DNA of 64,000 nucleotides from Minisyncoccota bacterium (GTDB taxonomy: Bacteria > Patescibacteriota > Minisyncoccia > Phycocordibacterales > UBA2100), in NCBI GenBank assembly GCA_965267345.1, contig OZ253947.1, positions 573,043-637,042 of the forward strand, in the 5' to 3' direction. The notes beneath the pieces were generated by a model that was not told where the DNA came from, searched no databases, and saw only the letters and a list, made by a program, of their open reading frames with translations. The position numbers and the translations under genes are program-made. The stretch's first letter is position 1; every line of letters starts with the position of its first letter. This document shows, in pieces, positions 9,193-18,013 of the stretch.

Positions 9193-9358
9193 AAACCGCT
9201 ATTTTGACGTCAAAATAGCGGTTTCGCACCTTGCACGAGGACCGCCCTCGTGCAAACAGAACGACTACGCACCCCATATACAATTGCATACAAGGTCGGT
9301 CCTTGTATGCGAGGGCGGGAGCAAGAAACGCAAAACACTAGGGGCATGCCCTAGTGTT
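9193..9358. repeat. array of four consecutive perfect palindromic hairpins
   Basis: The four hairpins are 9193-9224 AAACCGCTATTTTGACGTCAAAATAGCGGTTT, about 9232-9254, about 9286-9310 and 9334-9358 AACACTAGGGGCATGCCCTAGTGTT. They lie between tRNA-Arg(TCT) and the antiporter gene. Confidence 0.6.
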
Positions 9359-9370
9359 AGCGTTTCGTAG

Positions 9371-9442
9371 TGCCCCCGGTAGGATTCGAACCCACATCGA
9401 CGGGATAGAAGCCCGCTGCTCTATCCATTGAGCTACAGGGGC
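9371..9442 (-). tRNA. tRNA-Arg (anticodon TCT)
   Basis: 72 nt with anticodon loop CTTCTAT and acceptor GCCCCTG/CGGGGGC. No CCA. Confidence 0.85.
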
Positions 9443-9480
9443 ACGGAAGGATACTCCTTCGCAAGCTAACTCTAGCGGCA

Positions 9481-9825
9481 CTATCTCCCAGGGTCAATAA
9501 CTGCCGGTACGCGTTGCTGGTATGCTTCAAACGTTGCTGTTTTTGCCTCGTAGGTCTCAAGTACACGCTCGAGCTCCCCGCGCTGAATGGTCGTTGCCTC
9601 AACGCGATGTGTCGCACCGTACACACTTTCCGTATCAGCACCAATAAATGCCCACCATGCCAGCCCAACATTGATAAGCACGATAACGAGCCCGAGTAGC
9701 AGTAACGCATACCAGTGGATTGCATGTCGCGGCGTACGCTCCAATACCTGCACCATGTGCACGGCCCACGCGTACCGTGTTACGTATCCATATACTTTTT
9801 CTTGAAGAAGATTCATCATACGCAT
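9481..9825 (-). CDS. hypothetical bitopic membrane protein in the pilMNO operon
   Basis: 114 aa with one TM helix. Starts 5 nt after the pilO-like stop. Confidence 0.4.
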   Translation of the reverse strand: MRMMNLLQEKVYGYVTRYAWAVHMVQVLERTPRHAIHWYALLLLGLVIVLINVGLAWWAFIGADTESVYGATHRVEATTIQRGELERVLETYEAKTATFEAYQQRVPAVIDPGR

Positions 9826-9830
9826 CTACA

Positions 9831-10400
9831 CTACTCCCCACCTTGCGGTGCCTCAGCACGCACAGCCACTAATTCAAAAACGCCCGTCCACGTGTCACGC
9901 TGCGACTGCTGGGTGAGCTGTACGTTCACAACGTCAAGTGCCGACGGGAACGCCTCGAGTAGGGCCAGCACCTGCATGACACTCGCGAATGACCCTTCGG
10001 CATTCAGTAGCAACTCCAAATCAACAATGCGATCGTCGTCATCTCGCGAATCACCTACCTGCACTGACGAAACAATCGTTTGTGCATTCGCGTACGTGCC
10101 GAGCGATTCGATCTCTTCGAGAAACGTCACGAGCTCTGTGTCGTTTACAAAGTACGTGTTGAGTCGCGCACGCTCATCGCGCGTATCGCGCACCACACGA
10201 CGCACCGTTTGCGTGTGTGCGTTGCGCGTGGCGAGCAGTTGCGCGTCTCCGGCAACCTGCGCCGCTTGCGTGATTGTTTCGCGCTCTTGCACAAAGAGCC
10301 ACGCATACCCACCGGCACTCGCACACATCACCAGAGTGCTAAGGGCGGCAAAAATACGCAGGCGTGTATGTGACGGAAGGTGTGGCATATTACTGTTCAT
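9831..10400 (-). CDS. PilO-like type IV pilus assembly protein
   Basis: N-terminal TM helix plus a periplasmic coiled-coil/ferredoxin-like region. Its position after pilN is the main support. Confidence 0.5.
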   Translation of the reverse strand: MNSNMPHLPSHTRLRIFAALSTLVMCASAGGYAWLFVQERETITQAAQVAGDAQLLATRNAHTQTVRRVVRDTRDERARLNTYFVNDTELVTFLEEIESLGTYANAQTIVSSVQVGDSRDDDDRIVDLELLLNAEGSFASVMQVLALLEAFPSALDVVNVQLTQQSQRDTWTGVFELVAVRAEAPQGGE

Positions 10401-10938
10401 CGGTACGAACTACGACAACTGAAAATGTGGTTTCCTGAGCACTCACCAAGTCCGACACCGGCAGCGTGACGCGCGCAAATACAGGATTTTTACGCAACGT
10501 GCTCACAAATGCACTGAGGGTCTCACGGTTGCGCGCCTCCCCTGAAATGCGAAGTTGCCGTGCACCATCGTCAACACCATAGGCAATACTTGAGATGATG
10601 ATATCGGCTGCGTGCAGCTCCCAATCCTCTAGCACATCGTACACAAAGGGTGTTACAACCTCGGGAGCCATCGCATCAAGAGTACTCAGTTGCGTTTGTA
10701 CAAACCGCGCCTGTACCACGGCACTGTCTTGTCGCGTTACTTCACGGGTATCCTCCTGCAGGTCGTAGTACTGCTGTGTTTCAAGCAACATCGTGCGTGA
10801 CGAAAAATACGCAGGAACGAGTGAGGCGCTGCCGATAACAAACGCGACCGCAATAATGAGTGCGCCGACGATCACCACCCGCAGGGCGTAGTCATGTGCG
10901 AGTGCGCGTCGATACTCTGGAGGAAGAACGTTCGCCAT
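10390..10938 (-). CDS. pilN: PilN-like type IV pilus assembly protein
   Basis: Short cytoplasmic N-terminus (MANVLPPEYRR), TM helix and periplasmic domain. Overlaps the pilO start by 11 nt. Confidence 0.6.
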   Translation of the reverse strand: MANVLPPEYRRALAHDYALRVVIVGALIIAVAFVIGSASLVPAYFSSRTMLLETQQYYDLQEDTREVTRQDSAVVQARFVQTQLSTLDAMAPEVVTPFVYDVLEDWELHAADIIISSIAYGVDDGARQLRISGEARNRETLSAFVSTLRKNPVFARVTLPVSDLVSAQETTFSVVVVRTDEQ

Positions 10939-10941
10939 ACA

Positions 10942-11967
10942 CTACAAAACATCACGAAGAAGCAGCCCCGCTGCAGTGGCGTACTGCCACGAGATCGTTC
11001 GTGTTACTTCGGGGATGTGTGCGTCGACGTCGAACATGTTGTTCCACACATTGCCAACCCGCACGGGCACCTGCAGCGCTCCCGATACGTGCTCGGGCAG
11101 CCCCTTAAGCCCGACGGCACCACCACAGAGAAAAATACGTTCAATGGGCGCCGCCTTATTCCCCGCTTCATCACGTCGCGTGTCCCAGTACCGGTAGTGG
11201 CGACGTATCTCACTCACCAACTGTCGCGTGAGGTCAACGAGCGTTGAACACAGCTTCTGCTCGCTACAATCAGTAATCCCCTCGCGACGCTTAATTGCAT
11301 CAGCCTCTTCCTCAGACACTGAGTAGTACTGCATGATGGCTTCGGTGAGGGCATTACCACCAACTTTGACCGTTGTACTGAACAGCGGCGTCTGACCCGA
11401 AGCAATGGTAATGCCGGTGCGGGTGCGCCCAAAGTCAATGACCATCGATACCCCTTTTGTTCCGGCGGGAATAATCGAGCGCGCCACTGACTGCGCTTCG
11501 AGCTCAACATGCTTTACGGTAAAGCCACTTTCGGCAAAAGCCGCGCGGTATCCTTCGACAACATCTTTCGGAAATACAGTCACACTAATCTCAGTCACCT
11601 CACCGCGACGCTGCACAATATCGTAATTAAATGCGGCGTTGTTCGCGGGAATCGGCACGTGCTCGCTGAGTGAAAATTCAACCACTTGCAGAATGTCCTC
11701 GTCACGGTGTGCTGTTGGCACCTCAAGCGTGTAGAGGTACACCAACTCTTCAGGGAGTGAGATGTTTGCAAACACGCGATCATTTTCGCTATGCACTTCG
11801 CGTAGTGCCTGCGCAAGGCGCAGTTGATCCTCCACAACACCGTCGGCGATGATCCCGCGCTGCAAACGCACTGAATCAAACACTCGCGGCACGAGTCCTG
11901 CCGGTGTGTACTCGGCGTCAAGGTATTTTATTGAAGTATCGGACACATCGATACCTGCTGCCGGCAT
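10942..11967 (-). CDS. pilM: type IV pilus assembly protein PilM (actin-like ATPase fold)
   Basis: N-terminus MPAAGIDVSDTSIKYL.. and later ..GGNALTEAI.. are PilM/FtsA-like. Start chosen at MPAAG; upstream in-frame starts are possible. Confidence 0.75.
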   Translation of the reverse strand: MPAAGIDVSDTSIKYLDAEYTPAGLVPRVFDSVRLQRGIIADGVVEDQLRLAQALREVHSENDRVFANISLPEELVYLYTLEVPTAHRDEDILQVVEFSLSEHVPIPANNAAFNYDIVQRRGEVTEISVTVFPKDVVEGYRAAFAESGFTVKHVELEAQSVARSIIPAGTKGVSMVIDFGRTRTGITIASGQTPLFSTTVKVGGNALTEAIMQYYSVSEEEADAIKRREGITDCSEQKLCSTLVDLTRQLVSEIRRHYRYWDTRRDEAGNKAAPIERIFLCGGAVGLKGLPEHVSGALQVPVRVGNVWNNMFDVDAHIPEVTRTISWQYATAAGLLLRDVL

Positions 11968-12084
11968 CGAGAGAAATGCTGGTGGCGGAAAGAGCGCTGC
12001 AATGCTGTGCGTGTGCAGTCCTTGCATGCCCTCAGTATACCGTACGTCAGCACGAGGCGAACGCATGCCTGTGCACGCACACCC

Positions 12085-12669
12085 CTACCACATAAATAGG
12101 TAGATGCCGTACGCAATGAGCAACACGCTTCCCACGACAGTGCTCCAAAACCAAATGCGATTCATGATCGCGCCGGCGTGCTCGCCGAACAGCTTTACAA
12201 TGTAGCCAATGAGAAAGTAGCGCCCTCCGCGGCCGAGTATGGTGGCAAGCAAAAATATGAGGAAATTCGCCTGCGAAAAACCGGCAGCCAGCACACCGGC
12301 CTTGAAGGGAATCGGTGTAAAAGCAATGGTGAAAATAAATATAAAGAGTCCTTCGTTAATAAACTCACGCGCCTGTGCCATTTCTTCCGACAGTCCGTAC
12401 AGTGCAACGAGTTCAACACCCACTGTGTCAAACAACACTGCACCGACCACGTAGCCAAAAATGGCACCCATTACCGACGTCACCGTCGTGAGTGCGGCAA
12501 AATACACCCATCGGTGGCTTCGCACAAACGTCAGTGCAGCCAGCAGCGGGTCGGGTGGGATAAAGAAGACGCAGCTCTCGGTAAAGGAAAACACCGCAAG
12601 CCATAATCGTGCCTGCGGCCCATCGGCGCGCGCGGCAAGCCAGTCACGTGCTTTCCAAAAACGCTCCAT
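12085..12669 (-). CDS. DedA/YqaA-family membrane protein
   Basis: Polytopic protein with a DedA-like pattern (..FIPPDPLL.., ..GRGGRYFLIGY..). Start trimmed to MERFWKA. Confidence 0.65.
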   Translation of the reverse strand: MERFWKARDWLAARADGPQARLWLAVFSFTESCVFFIPPDPLLAALTFVRSHRWVYFAALTTVTSVMGAIFGYVVGAVLFDTVGVELVALYGLSEEMAQAREFINEGLFIFIFTIAFTPIPFKAGVLAAGFSQANFLIFLLATILGRGGRYFLIGYIVKLFGEHAGAIMNRIWFWSTVVGSVLLIAYGIYLFMW

Positions 12670-12670
12670 A

Positions 12671-13003
12671 CTACTTGCCCGTGGTACCGGCCGGCACCAC
12701 CACATCCGGATGCAGCAGGGCAAATGCGTCACCATCCCCCACCGCCAAGAGCATGCCGTTGCTTTCAACACCGCAAATGGTCCGCGGTGCTAGGTTGGTA
12801 ATGTACGGAAGCTGCTTCCCAACGAGGCTCGCAGCATCACGCAGTTGTGCAATGCCGGACACGATCGTCCGTGGCGCTGCTTCCCCAAAATCTACCGTGC
12901 ACTTGAGCAGTTTGTCCGTGTCGGGAATCGGTTCAGCAGCAAGAATGGTACCGATGCGAATGTCGAGCTTTTGCACCTCATCAATAGAAATGGTGTCTTT
13001 CAT
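12671..13003 (-). CDS. tRNA-binding domain protein (CsaA/YgjH-like, Myf domain)
   Basis: ..KLDIRIGTILAAEPIPDTDKLLKCTVDFGE..RTIVSGIA.. is typical of EMAP/CsaA tRNA-binding OB folds. Confidence 0.75.
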   Translation of the reverse strand: MKDTISIDEVQKLDIRIGTILAAEPIPDTDKLLKCTVDFGEAAPRTIVSGIAQLRDAASLVGKQLPYITNLAPRTICGVESNGMLLAVGDGDAFALLHPDVVVPAGTTGK

Positions 13004-13015
13004 ATACGAGGCATT

Positions 13016-13399
13016 CTATGTGCTGGCGTGCAGCTTGTCGAGAAAACTCTGTAAAATAAGAGCTGCCGCTGCGGCATCGGCGTGCGCATCAGCGCTCGAA
13101 CGCCGCGCCTGTGCCGTCGTGTAAAATTCAGGTTCGAGATGTACTGACATGCCGCGCGCTTCAAGTGCCGTAGCGCACTGATGGACTCCTTCCATGACTG
13201 CGTTCTCTTCGCCCCGGCCGGATACTGAGTGTCCGATGACGATCGCCCCCACCTGTTCGTCAACTGCAAGCTGGTAGAGCTCGTCGCAGAGTGCCGCAGA
13301 GTGTGGAACTACTGCGTGTGGAAAGGCCAGCACCCCGCCTTCATCCGACAGTGCGAGGCCGACTTTTTTTGTACCGTAATCAACGCCGAGGTAGCGCAT
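13016..13399 (-). CDS. ruvX: Holliday junction resolvase-like RNase H-fold protein YqgF/RuvX
   Basis: MRYLGVDYGTKKVGLALSD.. N-terminal motif. Confidence 0.85.
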   Translation of the reverse strand: MRYLGVDYGTKKVGLALSDEGGVLAFPHAVVPHSAALCDELYQLAVDEQVGAIVIGHSVSGRGEENAVMEGVHQCATALEARGMSVHLEPEFYTTAQARRSSADAHADAAAAALILQSFLDKLHAST

Positions 13400-13650
13400 T
13401 ACACCTGCTCTCCGTCACCATCGTCGATGGTCACGTCCTGCGCGTCGCTGCGCTTGGCAATAGCAAAAATATAGATAATCTCGAGAATCGCAACCGTGTT
13501 GAGTATCAAGATGGCAATAAACCACCACTTCTCGTGACGACGTGCGGCGAGCCATAGCGCCCACCCTTTCCACGGGAGCGTCCACAGTGTGAGTAATAGT
13601 GCGTAGAGGCCGTACTGCTGGGCCATTGCTTCAGTGAGTATCATATACAT
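13399..13650 (-). CDS. small two-TM membrane protein (hypothetical), translationally coupled to ruvX
   Basis: 83 aa. Its stop overlaps the ruvX start in a TAATG arrangement. Confidence 0.45.
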   Translation of the reverse strand: MYMILTEAMAQQYGLYALLLTLWTLPWKGWALWLAARRHEKWWFIAILILNTVAILEIIYIFAIAKRSDAQDVTIDDGDGEQV

Positions 13651-13682
13651 CTATAGTGAGCGATGAGCTCGTGTTTGTAAAG

Positions 13683-13720
13683 CACACCGCCCGAACGCAC
13701 GAGTGCGTTCGGGCGGTGTG
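13683..13720. terminator. 16-18 bp perfect hairpin 3' of tRNA-Ser
   Basis: CACACCGCCCGAACGCAC/GTGCGTTCGGGCGGTGTG. Confidence 0.55.
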
Positions 13721-13726
13721 CCCATG

Positions 13727-13809
13727 CGGAGGGAACAGGACTCGAACCTGCAAGGGCGTGAACCCGGCGGTTTTCAAGACCGCTGCCTTACCATTCGGCG
13801 CATCCCTCC
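13727..13809 (-). tRNA. tRNA-Ser (anticodon TGA)
   Basis: 83 nt with a long variable arm and anticodon loop CTTGAAA. No CCA. Confidence 0.85.
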
Positions 13810-13841
13810 ACGCGCAATACTACCAAAAACCGGCGACAATG

Positions 13842-14768
13842 CTACTCTTCTTCGTCATCGTCCTCGAGTTCCTCATCACCAAAACGACGACGGATGAATC
13901 CCCAACACACGTGAATCGCACTGGCACCGAGTACCGCAATATGACCGTAAAAAAGAATACCGTGTTCAAGGATAGTGCCCGTCACCGCAGCACCCGCAGC
14001 GGCAATTTGATGCGAGCGCCGCTCACCTTCTTCTTGTGCCGTCGGTTCAAACCCCTCGCTGGATGCTCGCTGTGCTTCAATGTCAGCAAGTGCCGCGCGC
14101 TGTTCTTGTTCATAGGTGCGCACGACTTGTGCACTTCGTTTTCGCGCATCCTCAACAGAGCCAATCACACCCCCGAGCCCTCCTTCTGATACGTCATCAG
14201 TTGCCGGTTCCGTACCCTCGTCAGCGTCGCGCTGTGCCGTCAGTCGTGCAAGGAGCTCTTGCCCGCGCTCGCTTAATGACGGTGCTGGCTCTTGTGGTGC
14301 CGGCGTCAGCGGTTCCGCGTCATCGACATCGGCAATACCGTCATTGTCATCATCACTGTCGGCATCGTTCGCGACCCCATCGCCGTCTGCATCGGGATGT
14401 ACCGTCAGTTGCTCGGTTGCAAGGACTGTATTTGTAACAGCGGTGTTGTTCGTTGGCGTAAAGGTCATGCCTACACGATACGTGCCGACGGGAAATTGAT
14501 GGGCAACCGCAATACGAGTGATGTTGTGTGCCGAGACACGCACCTCAACCGCGCGCGTGGCAATACCGTCTACCGTCAACGTGGCAATACCGGTGAGCGG
14601 CTCACTCGCTTCGTTCCGCATAACCGCATACACCGTCACGGGCGTCGCGTCAGTTACCGCCGTCTGCGAAAACCAAATCCCGTCAACCAGACCGGCCGTG
14701 TCAGCGCTCGCCACGAGCGGAGCAAGCGCTACGACACACAAACTCATTGCAACGAGCTTACGGAGCAT
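13842..14768 (-). CDS. secreted/anchored hypothetical protein with Asp-rich calcium-binding-like repeats
   Basis: Signal peptide, DADGDGVANDADSDDDNDGIADVDD (thrombospondin-type-3-like) segment, then a C-terminal TM helix and acidic tail. Confidence 0.5.
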   Translation of the reverse strand: MLRKLVAMSLCVVALAPLVASADTAGLVDGIWFSQTAVTDATPVTVYAVMRNEASEPLTGIATLTVDGIATRAVEVRVSAHNITRIAVAHQFPVGTYRVGMTFTPTNNTAVTNTVLATEQLTVHPDADGDGVANDADSDDDNDGIADVDDAEPLTPAPQEPAPSLSERGQELLARLTAQRDADEGTEPATDDVSEGGLGGVIGSVEDARKRSAQVVRTYEQEQRAALADIEAQRASSEGFEPTAQEEGERRSHQIAAAGAAVTGTILEHGILFYGHIAVLGASAIHVCWGFIRRRFGDEELEDDDEEE

Positions 14769-15783
14769 ACGTATACTCTACAATAGCTGCTGCTAATTTT
14801 TTACTATCGTGTCGAATAAACGCCGGTGGTGCCGCGTGCGCTGCCGAGGGTGCATCGGTATCCGCAGCAGAGAGCAGATCACGTCCCACACACTCGTAGG
14901 CTCCTGTCTGCACCTCAGGCGCCACAAAGGCGCCCGCTCCCTCTTGTGCTTCATACCGTGCTCGGACTCGAGCATCGGGTTCTGTCGTGTTGTACACGAG
15001 TGCATCAATAGATCGATCGGGTATGTGTGCAGCAATAGCACGGACGTAGTCATCCGCGGAGAAACCGTCGGTGAGTCCCTTTTTATTGGTAAGGTTTGCC
15101 ACAACAACAATGCGTGCCGATGTGTCCCGCAGTGCCTGCGCCATCCCGCCCACTAACAGATTCGGAATAATGCTCCCGTACAAATCACCAGGACCGATTA
15201 CCACGACATGGGCACGGGTAAGTGCCGCGAGCGCCGCTGGGTTTGCGGTCACCGGTCGGTCGGGTGCAACAGCGCGCACACCAACAGACCGCACCTGCTC
15301 GTTGTCGTCAAGGTGGTTCTCGCCGTGCAGTACTGTTCCGTTACGCAGCGTCACCACCAGCTGCATATCCCCTTCCGTTACGGGGATCACGCGGCCGTAC
15401 ACATTCAAAATCTTTCCTGCAACGGCAACGGCGCGAGAAAAACTACCTGTTGTTTTCTCAAGCGCAGACAAAAACAAGTTACCCATGTTATGGCCTGCCA
15501 AACCTCCTTCAGAAAACCGATAGCTAAAAAGTTCGCGCACTTCAGTGGTCGAACGGGCCAATGCTGCAAGACACTGCCGTACGTCGCCGGGTGGCAATAC
15601 ACCCAACTCGTCACGCAGTACCCCCGTTGAGCCGCCGCTGTCAGACATCGCAACGATAGCTGAGATAGTCACCGGGTGCTCCTTAAGCCCCGACAGCAGC
15701 ACAAAACTCCCCGTGCCGCCGCCGATGGTAACGACATGCGGGCGCGTCCGACGCCGCGTGCGTGTTTTGTGTGTGTCTGTCAT
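14758..15783 (-). CDS. yvcK: YvcK/CofD-like (UPF0052) gluconeogenesis-factor family protein
   Basis: ..VVTIGGGTGSFVLLSGLK..AIVAMSDSGGSTG.. motifs. Confidence 0.85.
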   Translation of the reverse strand: MTDTHKTRTRRRTRPHVVTIGGGTGSFVLLSGLKEHPVTISAIVAMSDSGGSTGVLRDELGVLPPGDVRQCLAALARSTTEVRELFSYRFSEGGLAGHNMGNLFLSALEKTTGSFSRAVAVAGKILNVYGRVIPVTEGDMQLVVTLRNGTVLHGENHLDDNEQVRSVGVRAVAPDRPVTANPAALAALTRAHVVVIGPGDLYGSIIPNLLVGGMAQALRDTSARIVVVANLTNKKGLTDGFSADDYVRAIAAHIPDRSIDALVYNTTEPDARVRARYEAQEGAGAFVAPEVQTGAYECVGRDLLSAADTDAPSAAHAAPPAFIRHDSKKLAAAIVEYTYAP

Positions 15784-15806
15784 AGACGGCTATTCATGCC
15801 CCTCCA

Positions 15807-15841
15807 TTGAATCGCGAATCGCTTGTGGATACAATACGTCT
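15807..15841 (+). promoter_or_regulatory. sigma70-type promoter (TTGAAT-17-TACAAT) placing the TSS at or next to the pilin ATG (leaderless)
   Basis: Consensus-like -35 and -10 hexamers. Only 6 nt separate the -10 from the ATG and there is no Shine-Dalgarno sequence. Confidence 0.6.
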
Positions 15842-16261
15842 ATGAATACAGCGCGCCGGTATCGCGGCTTCACAATCATTGAACTCCTTGTCGTCATGGC
15901 CATTATTGCCATTTTGGCATCAGGTATGCTCGCCCTATTTACCTCAACACAAGAAAAGTCGCGTGATACACGGCGCATGGAAGATGTACGCGAGCTCCAG
16001 AAAGCACTGAGTCTCTACTACATCGACAACAACCAGTACCCTGCTGCAGCAAGCACCATTGATCTCACGGGGTCAGACAGTGTCTCAACCACGTTGGTAA
16101 ACGCCGGTACAATCCCCGCAATTCCGCGCGACCCAGTGACGCCAACGTATGAATATACCTACCAGAGCGCAAGTCCGGGCACGTACACCATTACCTTCTG
16201 TCTGGAGACCGACCGCATTCCAAATTACGCTGAAGGGTGTTCAAACACCGTTACCCCTTAA
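15842..16261 (+). CDS. type IV pilin (prepilin with class III signal peptide)
   Basis: MNTARRYRGFTIIELLVVMAIIAILAS..: a G/FTxxE prepilin peptidase site plus hydrophobic alpha1 helix. Start set at the ATG directly after the promoter. Confidence 0.8.
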   Translation: MNTARRYRGFTIIELLVVMAIIAILASGMLALFTSTQEKSRDTRRMEDVRELQKALSLYYIDNNQYPAAASTIDLTGSDSVSTTLVNAGTIPAIPRDPVTPTYEYTYQSASPGTYTITFCLETDRIPNYAEGCSNTVTP

Positions 16262-16272
16262 CGGATCGACGT

Positions 16273-16737
16273 ATGCCCCGCACCATTCGCTGGGAAGCGC
16301 ACGAACACGAACATGCTGACAAAAGCGCAGACTGGTTCTGGGCGCTCGGCATTATTGTGCTGTCAGGTGCCATCACCGCACTGCTGTTTGGCAATATTCT
16401 CTTTGCGATTCTGATTGTTATTGGCGGTGCCACCATGGGGCTGCTCGGCTCAACTCCCGCACGCGTGCGCCGCTTTGCGCTCACCCCACGCGGCATCATG
16501 ATTGACGACTCGCTCTACCCCTACCAAATGCTCGCCGCATTCTGGGTGCAGCACCCCACTGCGGATACTCCCGCGATGCTCATCGTTGATGCAAATCAAT
16601 TTTTAAGCCCCCACATGATTATTCCACTGGACGATAACGATCCTGATCTCGTACGTGAATACTTGCTCGATTTTCTCCCTGAAGAAGAGCTACACGAGCC
16701 ATTTGCTCAGCGTCTTGCTGAGATGTTTGGATTGTAG
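16273..16737 (+). CDS. hypothetical membrane protein downstream of the pilin gene
   Basis: Two TM helices and no identifiable domain. Start is uncertain. Confidence 0.4.
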   Translation: MPRTIRWEAHEHEHADKSADWFWALGIIVLSGAITALLFGNILFAILIVIGGATMGLLGSTPARVRRFALTPRGIMIDDSLYPYQMLAAFWVQHPTADTPAMLIVDANQFLSPHMIIPLDDNDPDLVREYLLDFLPEEELHEPFAQRLAEMFGL

Positions 16738-16883
16738 CAACGAACGAGGTGCGGCCTTTGTTTTGTTTTACGTTCAGGTGTCAGGTTACTAAACTCACTA
16801 CGTTCGTTAAGTACCTCCTGCCCGGGCTCGTCTTCCTCGCTCCATGTACGTCGCTCGGATATGACTCCTCCTCACAAAACTAC

Positions 16884-16908
16884 AAAACGAGGCGCAGGCC
16901 TCGTTTTG
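16884..16908. terminator. bidirectional terminator AAAACGAGGC-gcag-GCCTCGTTTT 3' of tRNA-Arg(GCG)
   Basis: Perfect 10-bp stem with A/T tracts. A degenerate second copy of the GTTTTGTTTTACGTT tail lies at about 16758-16775. Confidence 0.65.
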
Positions 16909-16919
16909 TTTTACGTTTT

Positions 16920-16991
16920 GTGCTCTCGCCAGGATTCGAACCTGGATCGCAAGCTCCGCAAGCTTGTATTCTATCCATTGAACTACGAGAG
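16920..16991 (-). tRNA. tRNA-Arg (anticodon GCG, as read from the sequence)
   Basis: 72-nt cloverleaf. Anticodon stem CAAGC/GCTTG with loop TTGCGGA, giving G34-C35-G36. No CCA. Confidence 0.7.
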
Positions 16992-17057
16992 CGCCTCGCG
17001 CACCGGCGCGACTCGCCTACTGTAGCAGACCCCGCGACGTCTGCCAACTACAATACA

Positions 17058-17077
17058 GCCAGTGGCGTACCACTGGC
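17058..17077. terminator. hairpin GCCAGTGG-cgta-CCACTGGC 3' of rpsT
   Basis: Seen in sequence. Confidence 0.5.
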
Positions 17078-17100
17078 GTGTGCATCAAAAGGAGTGCGTA

Positions 17101-17364
17101 TTACGCAACGCGTGCAATTGCTTGCGCGAGGCGTGATTTCTTGCGCGAGGCGGTGTTCGGCTTGATGATGCCGCGCTTCACCGCTTTGTCGATCGCCTTG
17201 TACGCTTCAGGAAGTGCTGCCGATGCACCTTTCGCATCTTTCTGTGCCACGTGTGTCTCAACTGCTTTGACTGATTCCTTCATGGCACGTAAGCGACGCA
17301 CGTTAAAAATGCGTCGACGCTCCGCCTGCTTTACTGATTTCTTTCCTGATTTCGTTGTTGCCAT
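17101..17364 (-). CDS. rpsT: 30S ribosomal protein S20
   Basis: MATTKSGKKSVKQAERRRIFNVRRLRAMK.. is an S20 N-terminus. Start trimmed from the track ORF. Confidence 0.85.
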   Translation of the reverse strand: MATTKSGKKSVKQAERRRIFNVRRLRAMKESVKAVETHVAQKDAKGASAALPEAYKAIDKAVKRGIIKPNTASRKKSRLAQAIARVA

Positions 17365-17430
17365 AACGGGAGGCATACTACTGCATTTTTCCGCTCAGCG
17401 CAACGGTATTCCGCTGCTCGGACACCTTCG

Positions 17431-17445
17431 TGGTATTATGCGCAC
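17431..17445 (+). promoter_or_regulatory. extended -10 promoter (TGgTATTAT) 6 nt upstream of the ruvA ATG; likely leaderless
   Basis: TGnTATTAT immediately before the start with no Shine-Dalgarno sequence. Confidence 0.45.
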
Positions 17446-18009
17446 ATGATCGGACACCTGCGTGGCACAGCGCTTATGAAAGACCCCGAATATCTCGTCG
17501 TCGACGTTGGCGGTGTCGGGTACCGCGTGCACGTCCTCCCTGACGTACTTGCCAACACACCCGAGCGCGGCGAGGTGCAGCTTTGGACACACATGGTCGT
17601 GCGCGAAAATGCCCACGAGCTCTATGGCTTTTCGCAGCACGAAGAATTGCGTTTTTTTGAGCTTCTCATTGGCGTGTCCGGCGTCGGCCCGAAATCTGCG
17701 CTATCGATTCTCTCACTCGCCGATGTAGCAACACTCACGAGCGCCATTGCGTCGGGTGACACGTCCTACCTCACGAAGGTTTCGGGTATCGGCGCCAAGA
17801 GTGCAAAAAAGATTGTGCTTGAGCTCAGCGACAAATTCGGTGGCGGGGCGCACGACCCGAGTTTGCAGGCGGATACCGACACCATCGATGCGCTCGTGGC
17901 AATGGGCTACTCACAGGCAGAGGCACGCGACGCACTCAAGCACGTCTCGCGTGAGATCACCGGCTCAAGCGCACGCTTGAAAGAAGCGCTCAAACAACTT
18001 GCCGCATAG
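17446..18009 (+). CDS. ruvA: Holliday junction branch migration protein RuvA
   Basis: MIGHLRGT.. N-terminal OB domain, HhH pairs (..LIGVSGVGPKSALSIL.., ..VSGIGAKSAKKIV..) and a C-terminal domain. Confidence 0.9.
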   Translation: MIGHLRGTALMKDPEYLVVDVGGVGYRVHVLPDVLANTPERGEVQLWTHMVVRENAHELYGFSQHEELRFFELLIGVSGVGPKSALSILSLADVATLTSAIASGDTSYLTKVSGIGAKSAKKIVLELSDKFGGGAHDPSLQADTDTIDALVAMGYSQAEARDALKHVSREITGSSARLKEALKQLAA

Positions 18010-18013
18010 ACGT

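Noticed and set aside
10942-12066. Longer N-terminus for PilM (track ORF start at 12066)
   Set aside because: PilM/FtsA-type proteins begin within about 10 residues of the GIDxS motif. The upstream 33 codons are Pro/Arg-rich and overlap the DedA-like gene's stop region, so the shorter start was preferred.
13656-14189. Plus-strand ORF spanning tRNA-Ser
   Set aside because: It overlaps a confidently folded minus-strand tRNA and a secreted-protein gene. Not coding.
16749-17165. Plus-strand ORF covering tRNA-Arg(GCG) and antisense to rpsT
   Set aside because: Overlaps a tRNA and a ribosomal protein gene. Spurious.
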